Shown here: positions 47,020-57,730 of the stretch, piece by piece
How positions within the stretch are numbered: the first letter of the stretch is position 1
How the letters are laid out: each line of letters begins with the position of its first letter
Origin: Phyllobates terribilis
Taxonomy: Eukaryota
Direction: 5' to 3'
DNA: 64,000 nt
NCBI RefSeq assembly: GCF_046119375.1
Contig: NW_027362772.1
Span: forward strand, 151,280,001-151,344,000
Notes under the pieces: generated by a model
Told to the model about the DNA's origin: nothing
The model's input: the letters and a program-made list of their open reading frames with translations, nothing else
Database searches by the model: none
Translations under genes and position numbers: made by a program

Positions 47020-47440
47020 CATACCGCCTGGCCGCACTCTGCTCGGTGTTCCCGGTGCTCTCGCCAATCACACTCCGCTTCCTTTTTCTGCTTGCCGGGA
47101 TTGACAGATGCGTCTACAAACCAGCGGCTCTTCCTGTCTGTCCCGGCACAGACTGACGTCCCCTCCTCCCGATAACCAATCACAGTCTCCTTCACAAGTC
47201 CCGCCCCTAGCCAGCCCTTCACCTAGCGTCATCCTGATTGACAGACCAATGTCCAACAGTATCCCAGTCACCGCCTCCCTCGCTCTCCGTCTGGTCCAAT
47301 AGAAGCCAAGCAGAGGGCGGGCGCTCTTGAGCGACGTTAAAACTGTCCAATCAAAGCGCCGCATTTCATTGACTGACACTCGTACTGTCTAATAGCATCT
47401 CAAAACACGTGTGGAGGGGGCGTGTCGTTGGGTTCCACCG
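47020..47440 (+). promoter_or_regulatory. CpG-island promoter of the next gene (probably CNOT3)
   Basis: Five CCAAT boxes (47064, 47176, 47246, 47296, 47347), GC box CCCGCCCC near 47200, high CpG density, not repeat-like. Confidence 0.7.
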
Positions 47441-47764
47441 CGGAGGAGAGTGAAAGACAGGGGAAGAGAGCAAACGAGCGAGAGAAGGGGGGAGGCCGAG
47501 CCCGTCGCCGCCATTTTGGGTCCCACCGAGCTGTGGACGGAGAGCGAAAGAGGCAATAAATAAGCTCCCGAAGCCTGTGTGACGAAAATAAGCCGCGTTC
47601 TCGGCCCGGCTTCCGGGTGACGAGCGCCTTGGGGATTTTTTTTATTTATTTTTTTACAGTATCCTTGGTACAAAACCAGTAACGTTGGATAAAAAAAAAT
47701 AGACCCAAAACAACCCTCAAACCGGAAGCGGCGTCCCCCACCTTTCTGCATCCTCCCGGGGGCG
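47440..47764 (+). other. Putative non-coding first exon, CNOT3 by synteny (no coding sequence in window)
   Basis: YY1 motif GCCGCCATTTTG 47507-47518, ETS ACCGGAAGCG 47721-47730, donor GCG|GTGAGA at 47764/47765. Human order is TFPT-PRPF31-CNOT3 with CNOT3 on the PRPF31 strand. Confidence 0.45.
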
Positions 47765-48197
47765 GTGAGAGCTTCTCCTTCAGCACTTTGCTTGTCTGTT
47801 TATCATGTGTTGGCTGCTGCAAACTCCATAGGCCTGAGCTGTGGTAGAGGGGGCAGAGCTGGGGCACAGGGCAGAGCCGTGCCCCCTCCAATATGGCAGA
47901 CCAGGCGACACAGCGCGCCCTGGACGCTTCTCACTGTGATTTCCTATGTAGATCAGTCACTTGTATCAAATGTCGCCACCTACGGGCCAACGGAAGGCGA
48001 AAAATACCAAAGAGTCCAAAATCGTTGCCTCCTCTGAGCTCAGGCCTATGTAACGTGCAGGTAATTGCCTGGGATGTGTGTGTGATCGCCGTCTGTTGCT
48101 TAATAATGGGGGGAAATACTTGTTTGTACGGCAATTGTATCTGATGACGCGTCATATTATTCTGCAACGCCTGTGGAATAGTTACAAATCGGATAGA

Positions 48198-48466
48198 GAG
48201 CCCTATGGGCCACCGTAGTATCGGTATGAGTGATATTGAGCCCTATGGGCCACTGTAGTATAGTTATGAATTGGATACTGACCCCTATGGGCCACCGTAG
48301 TATAGTTTTGAGTGTTATTGAGCCCTGTGGGCCATCATATATAGTTGTGAATTGGATACTAAGCTGTATGGACCACTATAGTATAGTCGTGGGTCTGATA
48401 TTGAGCCCTATGGGCCATCGCAGTCTAAATGAATTTGATACTGAAACCCATGAGCCACCGTAGTTT
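48198..48466. repeat. Minisatellite, about 6.5 units of 40-42 bp with dimeric higher-order period
   Basis: GAGCCCTATGGGCCACCGTAGTATAGT... units start at 48198, 48238, 48280, 48320, 48361, 48403, 48443. Confidence 0.9.
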
Positions 48467-51400
48467 ATGGATGTTGTCCATCCATAGTACTCAACGTGGG
48501 ATCAAAGAAGGAAGATGCAGGTGCCGGGTGTGATCCCTCCTAATGTCGTAAATGGGGTCCTCCTGGTTATCATAGGTTTATAAGATGTTACGGATCCCCC
48601 CACTTATACATGGAGGCTGCCACAGTCCTACCGGTGTTTACGTATCACTTTAATACCTACATATAGAATTCCTGGCTGTGGAGCAGAAAATCTAAGTTGA
48701 TGCAACAGCTGGAAAGTTTCCCCCATCCCCAGGGGCCGCCATCTTATGATTCGGTTTAATAATCCACATAGAGTTTGCTGCACCAGTCACTGGTTGTGAA
48801 TCAGCTCACAAGAGAAAAAAAAAAATTTAACATGGCATTTTGTTCTGTGCTTTTTTTTTTGCCCATTAGCAGGACTGGAGATGGAAAGGAAGGGAAAGCA
48901 AGTGGCATAAGTAGGGATCAGCGAGCTCTGGCGCTCCGAGCTGCTGTGAAACTACAACTCCCAGCATCCAACACGAAACACAAGCAGTCAGGTAACTTTG
49001 GGGGTTTGCAGTAGCTGGGAGAGCCAGAGGTGGCCCATCCGGATCCTTTTTGCAGTTTAGGTCGTATTGGTTAGTGACCCCAATCCTGTGCAAAAAAGAA
49101 AATAAAACACATCTTACAGTCCTCAGGCGTGCCAAACAGACTTCTTTCCAGGAGGTTTCTCTTCTTGAGCAGCCATTACAGCTCAGCTTATGTTATTGTC
49201 TGGGCGGAAAGCCACAAGACCACTGATGGGCGGCCATTTATACCTTTCTGACTCCTCCCACATGGCCGGGTTGACTCCTCCCCGGCCATAATCACCGGCT
49301 GTGCAATTAGTCTAATTAAGCTTTGCTACCGCACCTGCAGGCGCCGTATCGCTCTCTATACACCAGTGGTGGTGTAATTGGGTATGTCTCTTGTATCACT
49401 ACTCGGAATCCTCGTGATGTGCTCCACTAATTAGTTTTATAACGAGGCTTCTTTAAATACATTGTCCCAGATTTGCAATATCTGCCCAAAAAAGCCATCA
49501 GTGTCTGGGGCCCATAGACAGAAGTTAGCATCCTGTAGTGTGCCAGCTGCTGAGGAACCACAACTCCCAGCATGCTCCGTTAGTTTCCCAGCAGCTAGAG
49601 CACCCCATGATAAGTTAGTAATGGATTGATATATTTAAATGAAGACAGAATAATTAATTTGTTGAAAAACACTTGTCCACAAAACCTCACTTACGCGTTT
49701 TGGGCCTCTAGAGGTTCCGTATCCTATAGGGATCGTGCCTATTTAATGGTCGTGCTACACAAAAATGTCAGTGACCCTTCCGGATACAATTGGTCCTCAA
49801 CTGCAATATTAGGAGGAAATCTACAGTTTATATAAAGTAACATGTATTTATTATTACCACTTTGAATCTATAGGTGTGTGACATGGAAGAAACTTCAACA
49901 TGCGGGTGTAGTTAACCCAGACTTCCCACTCCATGTCTTCCTTTTAAGATTAAGAGTGCATTTACATTGCACAATTATCAGGAACGATGGTTTTTAGGAA
50001 CGCTTGTTTTGTTATAATTGGCTGACAATCAAGCAACGAACCAACAAAACGTTTGTTTGTCAGGTGAAATGATTTTTGAACTAGCAAAATGCTGTTCGTC
50101 AGGTGAAATGATTTTTTTCTAATCATCGATCTCTGCAGCACACGTGCTTGCGAGAGCAATGACAAGCTATTACAGATCGTTCTGTGCACATTGGAAGCAC
50201 GTCGGTCTGTCTAAAAGGTCTATTACATGACCGCCTGTCAGCAGACGTGGTTGTTTAACAGCTGTAGTATAATATAAATGCACCTTTAGGCCTCATGTGC
50301 AAATCGGTCCGAGTAAGGACTGGCTGCGGCTCTCCCCACCTGAGCTTTAAGAGCTTCATATATGTCTATGAGGCCCTGTAAAGGGCTTGTTCACCCCTTT
50401 GGGGCTAAAAAAGTAAAGCCAAACAGTGCACAATTTTTAATGAAACATGAATGAAAAAAAAAAGATTCTTTTAGCCCCAGATACATACTTTAGGCTCGTT
50501 TCATATGTCCGTGAAACACACAACACCCAGCCCGAATACCGGGTTTCCTGACCTAACCACCTTAGTACATGCTCCCACAATGAGCTTTTGATGGTGCAGA
50601 ATTTCTGCACCTATTATGTAAATTCGGTCACTTGCGGTTTTTCACTTGTGTTTTTCAGTGCTTTTGTTATTTTTTGACATTGTGTTTTTTGTCTTTTGTT
50701 GCTACGTCATGTTTTAAACAAAGTTGCTTTGTTTTTGATACTTCCTGGTATTTGGTTTTGACAAAACTTTATTGATATAGAGGTGTGCTGATTCCATGCG
50801 TTTCTGCACATAAAACCCGACGTAGCTGCAAGAAAAATTTACGTGTTGCAGATTTGAAACATTCACCGCAGATCGGTTTACGCTGCGTAAAAAAAACAAC
50901 ACAGTGAGCAGGAGATTTCTATAAATTTTCATCCACTTTGCTGGAACTGTAAGACGCTATGTATTTTCATTGCATCAAAAACTCATCGTGGGCGCACAGG
51001 CTTAAAGGGGTTGTCCAGGCTTGGGGTTCAAATCTGTATTCATTCTTTGTGGATTCTGCTACTCTGGGAGTATGCGGTTTGAATACATGCAGTCACCTGC
51101 GGACTAGAAGTGCGCGGCCTCGCTCAATACTAGTGAGTGAGGTTGGACAAGTCTAGTTGGAATGTGGCCAGAAGTATGTAATGGTAACATGCTCCCGGCA
51201 CCGGAGAATCCTGACGGCGCACACATTTATCATACTCGTCTCACCTGTAAAAACAGAAAAGTACAGTGCAAAACTGCAGAGATTCACGGAAAATCCGCCT
51301 AATCTTCCTTTCAATTGTATCCCACAATGTCTGTCCCTAAATGATAACACGGCTGTGGGTTCATGTGGATGAGGTTAGAAAATAACCCGATGGTTAATTC

Positions 51401-53440
51401 CTCCCTGTACCCGGATGATGTCTTCTGATGGAATTGGTAGATAAACAATTCAAGAGGAGTCATCACTAAACCACAAACACAGACGTCCGCCGTGCTAAAT
51501 TACTGAACATTGCTGATGTCAGGTCAGGAACTTTAAAAAAAAAAAAAAATCTCTATATAAAAATATATGTATTTTTTTTAATGGAGAAAAAATAACTCTT
51601 TCCTAATCTGTTTTTGTCTTCTTATTGTAGATTTATTTCACTCTATGTCAGTCGTGATTTTTGTGATCCTCCTTCTTTCCTGACCTTCCGTTAACAGCAT
51701 TGAAATGTGGATTTTAGTTCCCATGTGGATGTATAAAACAATAGGCTGGAGATGTTGATTGACTTCTATGGCAGAGTATTCTAGGCCTATGCAGAGGTTA
51801 TTGTACAGGGAGGGAGAGGAGGTGATCTGTGACCATCACCTCTTGTAAACGAGAGAGTGAGTGAGTTTGGTTCCCAATAGTTTTCAATGGGGTTCGGGTT
51901 CTGGTACCCGAACCAAACTCTGGACTACAGTTCGGGTCTGGTACCAGAACCCGAACATCCGCGGGTCCGCTCATCACTACTGATGACCTTTGATTGGCAT
52001 CGGTCGCTCGCTGTTACTTTTGTAACATTTTATGTTTGTTCATGTTTTTGCTCCGATTCTGTAAATTTAATGCAGCAGTTGTCCTGTGTGTCATTGTGTC
52101 ACCAAGTGCTGATACTTTGTGTGGCATTTGGCCTCTGCGAGCAGCTACAAGATGATTATTAGAAAGTGACCGGCTGACACATTGTAAAACACCCGTACAT
52201 TAGTGCTAAACTCCATTTCAGTATTTTGTTATATCAGCGTTATGACTGACAGGAGAAATAGGAGACTATTTTGCATCTTTTCCACATGGCGAGATTTGCT
52301 GGAGCTGAATGCAAAGAGGCATGTAAAAAAAAAAGATTTATTTTGCCACCAAAAAGATAAGAGTAAACTAAACATCTGTCATTTTATTAATTGCAAACAC
52401 ATCTGTGATGGTCCTGAGACCCCCATCGTCAAAACCACTGAGAGGTGTGCAGTTCAGGAGACAAGAGCACTCACAGGCTTCATCCCACATCCATACTTCC
52501 TTCTATGTGCATCTCTTGGGACCTCTTTAAGAAATTGGTGGGATCTTAGGACCTGGGACCCCCACTGATATACTTGCAACGTATAAAATAACAGTAAATG
52601 TTTCATTACTGTTTTAGGGGAATCTGTCACCACGTTTTTGCTACCCCATTAGAGTACAGCATGATGTAGGGGCAGAGACCCTAATTCCAGCAATGTGTCA
52701 CTTATTGGGCTGCTTGCCTCCGTTTTGATAAAATCTCCTTTTTATCTGCCAGTGCTCTTAGTGCTGAGTTCTGTATAACCCTGTCCACACCAATGATTTC
52801 TATGTGCACTGTGCATAGGCAGAAATCTGACACTGTTTTCCTCTGTTTATTCTACTCCTGATTTTGGTTTACAAACACTAATGTCAAATACTAAATGTGT
52901 GATTGTGGCCTTAGTTTGTTTCTCATCCGAGGAAAAATTAATCAAATGCGGATGGTAAAAACTGACAGCGCAAAGTGTGTTTTGTGCTCTGCTATTGTAA
53001 AGCAAAGGAAAAATTGTCACTTTTTGTTTTTTAAAGAATGGATGAAGGATCTGGGGAGAAAAAGAAGTGAATGTGTCCTGACATAGCTGATGAATTGGAC
53101 CTTCCTGGTATTTTTTTATTCCCAGGGTGTGTTCATATATATCCTGTCAACCATTGGCCGAAACTGATCCCATTGTTCCATATGGGATTTTTCTTAGCAA
53201 AGGGAGAGCGGGTTCAAAGACGGCAACTAAAGGGATATATAAAATGGGGGACTACAGTACTCAGAGATTCCCAAAATTGTGAGAACTTACGAAAAGATGG
53301 CTAAGAAGTGACCCTAGTAACTATAATTACATCGAGGGTTAGTACAGATTTCTCTCATCACCTACTTATATCCAGGACTACTTCTACATCGACAGGAAAG
53401 CAGTTTCTTCACCCACACAAAACAGGATTATTTACAGTAA

Positions 53441-54225
53441 GGCCGGTTTCACACGTCCGTATATTTCCGGTACCGGAGATATCCGTATGCCGCATCAGGA
53501 TCACATGTACCGGCGCCTGGGAATCAGCCTAAGCACTGGGTGCTGAACGCTGCCCTCCTCATGGTTCCCTGCTGGCACTGCGATCAGCACCAGCAGGAAC
53601 AATGATGATGGTTGTAGTGTCTGCTCCCGCAGTGTCCCTTTTGTAAAAATTAGATTAAAATAATAAAATCCTTATACTCACCTGTCCGGAGATGTCCCCC
53701 GCTGTAATCCATGCGACCACTCAGCAGAGGACCCGGGGAGAATTAGCCGCTCCAGCGAGCGGACCCTGGAGCTGAGCTCAGGAGTGGCGTCCTGTCACTC
53801 TCTGAGCGCAGCACCGGAGCGGCTTATTCTCCCCGGTGTCAACGGTCAGGGGATTAAAGCGGGGGACACCTAGGATAGGTGAGTATAAGGATTTTATTCT
53901 GATTTTTACACAGAGACACTGCGGGAGCAGAATACAACTTACCCTCATCATTGTCCCTGCTGGTGCTGTTCACAGTGCCGGCAGGATACTATGATGAAGG
54001 CAGCGTTCAGCACGCGACGCTTGGAAATAACTCTACCTGTACCAGGCACTGGTACGTGTCACACTGATGTCATCCGTGTGTGTTCAGTGTGAGGCATTTT
54101 GCGGGCCGTACATCTGCAAAAAAAACGGACACATAGATGTGAATGGGTCTGCGTGTGTCAGTGTCTCCGGTACGTGTGGAAACTTCCACCACTCGTACCG
54201 GAGATACTGATGTGTGACAGAGCCC
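53441..54225. mobile_element. PIF/Harbinger-like foldback MITE
   Basis: TAA|GGCCGGTTTCACAC ... GTGTGACAGAGCCC|TAA; long internal inverted arms (53560-53680 vs 53880-54010). Confidence 0.55.
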
Positions 54226-54345
54226 TAAGATCAGAGACGTTACAAGCTCTCCAGCAGAGGAAGACACCGTGTTGAATTCACTAAGGCTACGTTCCCACTA
54301 TGAGCTTTTGATGTTGCAGATTTTCGGCATCTATTAAGTAAATTA

Positions 54346-55941
54346 CAGTGCCTACAAGTAGTATTCAACCCCCTGCAGATTTAGCTGGTTTGATAAGATG
54401 CAAATAAGTTAGAGCCTTCAAACTGCAAACGAGAGTAGGTTTTATGAACAGAAGCATAAATCTTACAAACCAAAAAGTTATGTTGCTCAGTTGAATTTTA
54501 TTACATTTTAAACATAAAAGTGTGGGTCAATTATTATACAACCCCTATGTTTAATATTTTGTGGAATAACCCTTGTTTGCAATTACAGCTAATAATCGTC
54601 TTTTATAAGACCTGATCAGGCCGGCACAGGTCTGTGGAGTTATCTTGGTCCACTCCTCCATGCAGATCTTCTCCAAGTTATCTAGGTTCTTTGGGTGTCT
54701 CATGTGGACTTTATTCTTGAGCTCCTTCCACAAGTTTTCAATTGGGTTAAGGTCAGGAGACTGACTAGGCCACTCCAACACCTTGACTTTCTCCCTATTG
54801 AACCAGGCCTTGGTTTTCTTGGCTGTGTGCTTTGGGTCGTTGTCTTGTTGGAAGATGAAATTACGACCCATCTTAAGATCCTTGATGGAGGAGCGGAGGT
54901 TCTTGGCCAAAATCTCCAGGTAGGCCGTGCTATCCATCTTCCCATGGATGCGGACCAGATGGCCAGGCCCCTTGGCAGAGAAATAGCCCCACAGCATGAT
55001 GCTGCCACCACCATGCTTGACTGTAGGGATGGTATTCTTGGGGTCGTATGCAGTGCCATCCAGTCTCCAAACGTCACGTGTGTGGTTGGCACCAAAGATC
55101 TCGATCTTGGTCTCATCAGTCCATAGAACCTTGAACCAGTCTGTCTCAGAGTCCTCCAAGTGATCATGAGCAAACTGTAGACGAGCCTTGACATGACACT
55201 TTGAAAGTAAAGGTACCTTACGGGCTCGTCTGGAACGGAGACCATTGCGGTGGAGTACGTTACTTATGGTATTGACTGAAACCAATGTCCCCACTGCCAT
55301 GAGATCTTCCCGGAGCTCCTTCCTTGTTGTCCTTGGGTTAGCCTTGACCCTTCGGACAAGCCTGGCCTCGGCACGGGAGGACACTTTCAAAGGCTGTCCT
55401 GGCCGTGGAAGGCCAACAGTAGTTCCATAAGCCTTCCACTTACGGATGATGCTCCCAACAGTGGAGACAGGTAGGCCCAACTCCTTGGAAAGGGTTTTGT
55501 ACCCCTTGCCAGCCTTGTGACCCTCCACGATCTTGTCTCTGATGGCCTTGGAATGCTCCTTTGTCTTTCCCATGTTGACCATGTCTGAGTGCTGTTCACA
55601 AGTTTGGGGAGGGTCTTAAATAGTCAGAAAAGGCTGGCAAAAGAGATCTTTAATCCACACATGTGAAGCTCATTATTCTTGGTGCCTGAACTACTACTTA
55701 ATACTTTAGGGGGACCAAACAGAATTCTTGTGGTTTGAGGGGTTGAATAATAAATGACACTCTGAATTAACTTTTAACGTTTTAAAAAAACAAAACAAAA
55801 CAAAAAAAAAAAACAATATTTGCTGCAGTGCATTTCCCACTTCCAGGCTGATCTACAGTACAAATGTCACAATGCCAAGTTAATTCCGCATGTGTCATCC
55901 AGCTAAATCTGCAGGGGGTTGAATACTACTTGTAGGCACTG
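54346..55941 (-). mobile_element. Full-length Tc1 transposon, family D, IR/DR-type ends
   Basis: TA TSD on both sides; perfect 43-bp TIR CAGTGCCTACAAGTAGTATTCAACCCCCTGCAGATTTAGCTGG; inner repeats at 54531-54545 and 55739-55753. Confidence 0.96.
54551..55573 (-). CDS. Tc1 transposase, uninterrupted 340-aa ORF, DD34E
   Basis: MGKTKEHSK... paired-like HTH; WTDETK; QQDNDPKH followed by exactly 34 residues to E in NPIENLW; ends NKGYSTKY*. Confidence 0.95.
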   Translation of the reverse strand: MGKTKEHSKAIRDKIVEGHKAGKGYKTLSKELGLPVSTVGSIIRKWKAYGTTVGLPRPGQPLKVSSRAEARLVRRVKANPRTTRKELREDLMAVGTLVSVNTISNVLHRNGLRSRRARKVPLLSKCHVKARLQFAHDHLEDSETDWFKVLWTDETKIEIFGANHTRDVWRLDGTAYDPKNTIPTVKHGGGSIMLWGYFSAKGPGHLVRIHGKMDSTAYLEILAKNLRSSIKDLKMGRNFIFQQDNDPKHTAKKTKAWFNREKVKVLEWPSQSPDLNPIENLWKELKNKVHMRHPKNLDNLEKICMEEWTKITPQTCAGLIRSYKRRLLAVIANKGYSTKY

Positions 55942-57699
55942 TAGGTCACTTGTGTTTTTTTTTCTTTTTCTTCCTTGTGGTTTTGAGTGCTTTTTTTAAT
56001 GCATTTATGTTTTTTTTTTTTTGTCTCTTTGGTATGTTTTGTTTTAAATTAAGCTGTTTTCTTGTTGATACTTGCTGGTATTTGGCTTTGACAAAACGTT
56101 ATTGATAGTCATGTGCGGATTACATGTGATTTTGATGAGAAATACTATAAGGAAGGTCTCATTCACACGTCCGTGAAAAAAATGGTACTGGTGTCATCAG
56201 TGTTTTGGATCAGTGTGTCATCAATGTTTGCTCTGTGTGTCCGTTTTTACCATTAGTGTCTGTTTTTATTATTCTTGTCATCCGTTTTTACCATCAGTGT
56301 GCCATCAGTGTCCATTTTTACCACCAGTGTGTCATCAGTGCCCGTTTTTACCATCAGTGTCACCAGTGTGCCCTTTTTTTACCATCAGTGTCACCAGTGT
56401 GCCGTCCCCGCTTTTGTCTTTGCCGTCCCCGCGTCTCTTTGCCGTCCATGTCATTAGTGTTTCACGGATGGATAAATGACTAAATTACTGAGCTTCTCCT
56501 ATTCTTCGTTTATGCCATCTGTGTGCTCTACGTGTTTTTCACGGACCCATAGACTTATCTTGGCACTTTTCATCCATGGTACCGTAAAAAAGTGGACATA
56601 TGAACAGCACAACAGATTATAATAGGCACATGTTGAATCCATGGAAAAAAAACAAATACAACACTGAAGTCTGAATAAGGCCTAAAAGATTCACACCGCT
56701 CCTGGTTTTGAAGACAAAAAACTGACCAAAAACAATGATGTGTGAATAGCCCCTATTATACTGTTTCCTTCCAAATACAGACTTCTGAACAGGTGGCCTG
56801 TTATAGAGAGCACCACTTTATATTTCTACATGCCCTCGAGTTTGATTTTTATTAGCTAGAAAATGGAGGCGGCTGTTGTAATTTTTTTTTTTTTTAATCT
56901 TTGTGTCCTATGAAAGCCATAAATGCAGATTAAATTCAGTGTGGGATTGCAAGAATAACCAGAGAACCTGCAGGGTCATTACTGCTGGCCGAGGAAAACC
57001 CACTTAGTGATTTTTCAGGTATGCAAAAAAAAAACGGTCCAGTTTCCATCAGTGTTTGGTCAGTTTTTTTATGTAGAAAGAGACATGTCAATCAAGCCTA
57101 AGCTGGGGCAGGAGAAGCTGGCATGAGTTCCCCATGATGACTTTCCTCCCTGCTCCAACTCCTTTCTAAATTATGTTTTACTCTGACAATTTCAGTCCTT
57201 TTCTGCGGCTCCAGTTGCATGGTCTAAGCAGCACGAATCGCCACTTTCCGCCTCTAGTTTAGAAAACCGTATTGTTGGGGTGCAGATAAAAATAAACATG
57301 GGTTTTGAGGGCCTGTTGTAAAATTTCGTCATTGATGTCAGACGTAGTGCCGACTTTGATTCCCCATAAACATACATGCTGGATATGGCTGAGAATGGAG
57401 AGGAAACAGGCTGAGGCCAAACATGTCCGATATCAGCAGATATCCAGGATCAGGGCACAGTCTGTAAATGTCTGTATTTCATCGTATGTAGTCACAGACA
57501 AGTATCAGTTTTGGCAACTTTGATTTATAGCCTAAACCTTTCTTTTGGGACCTGTTTCCCGTCCCCTGCTGTGAAGGAAGCTGTGAATGACTCTTAAGGT
57601 CTCATACTCATTTGCGAGAAAAATGAACGAGTGCAATCTGATAAAATATCGGATTGCACTTGGACCAATGTTAATCAATAAGTGACCTCTCATCTGCAA

Positions 57700-57730
<31 letters not shown>

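Noticed and set aside
47893-48144. ORF starting MADQATQR as the CNOT3 start
   Set aside because: CNOT3 begins MADKRKLQ; similarity stops after three residues and the ORF lies just downstream of the putative donor.
57134-57187. C box (ATGATGA) and D box (CTGA) pair suggesting a C/D snoRNA
   Set aside because: No terminal stem, no internal C'/D' boxes and no recognisable rRNA or snRNA antisense element; expected by chance.
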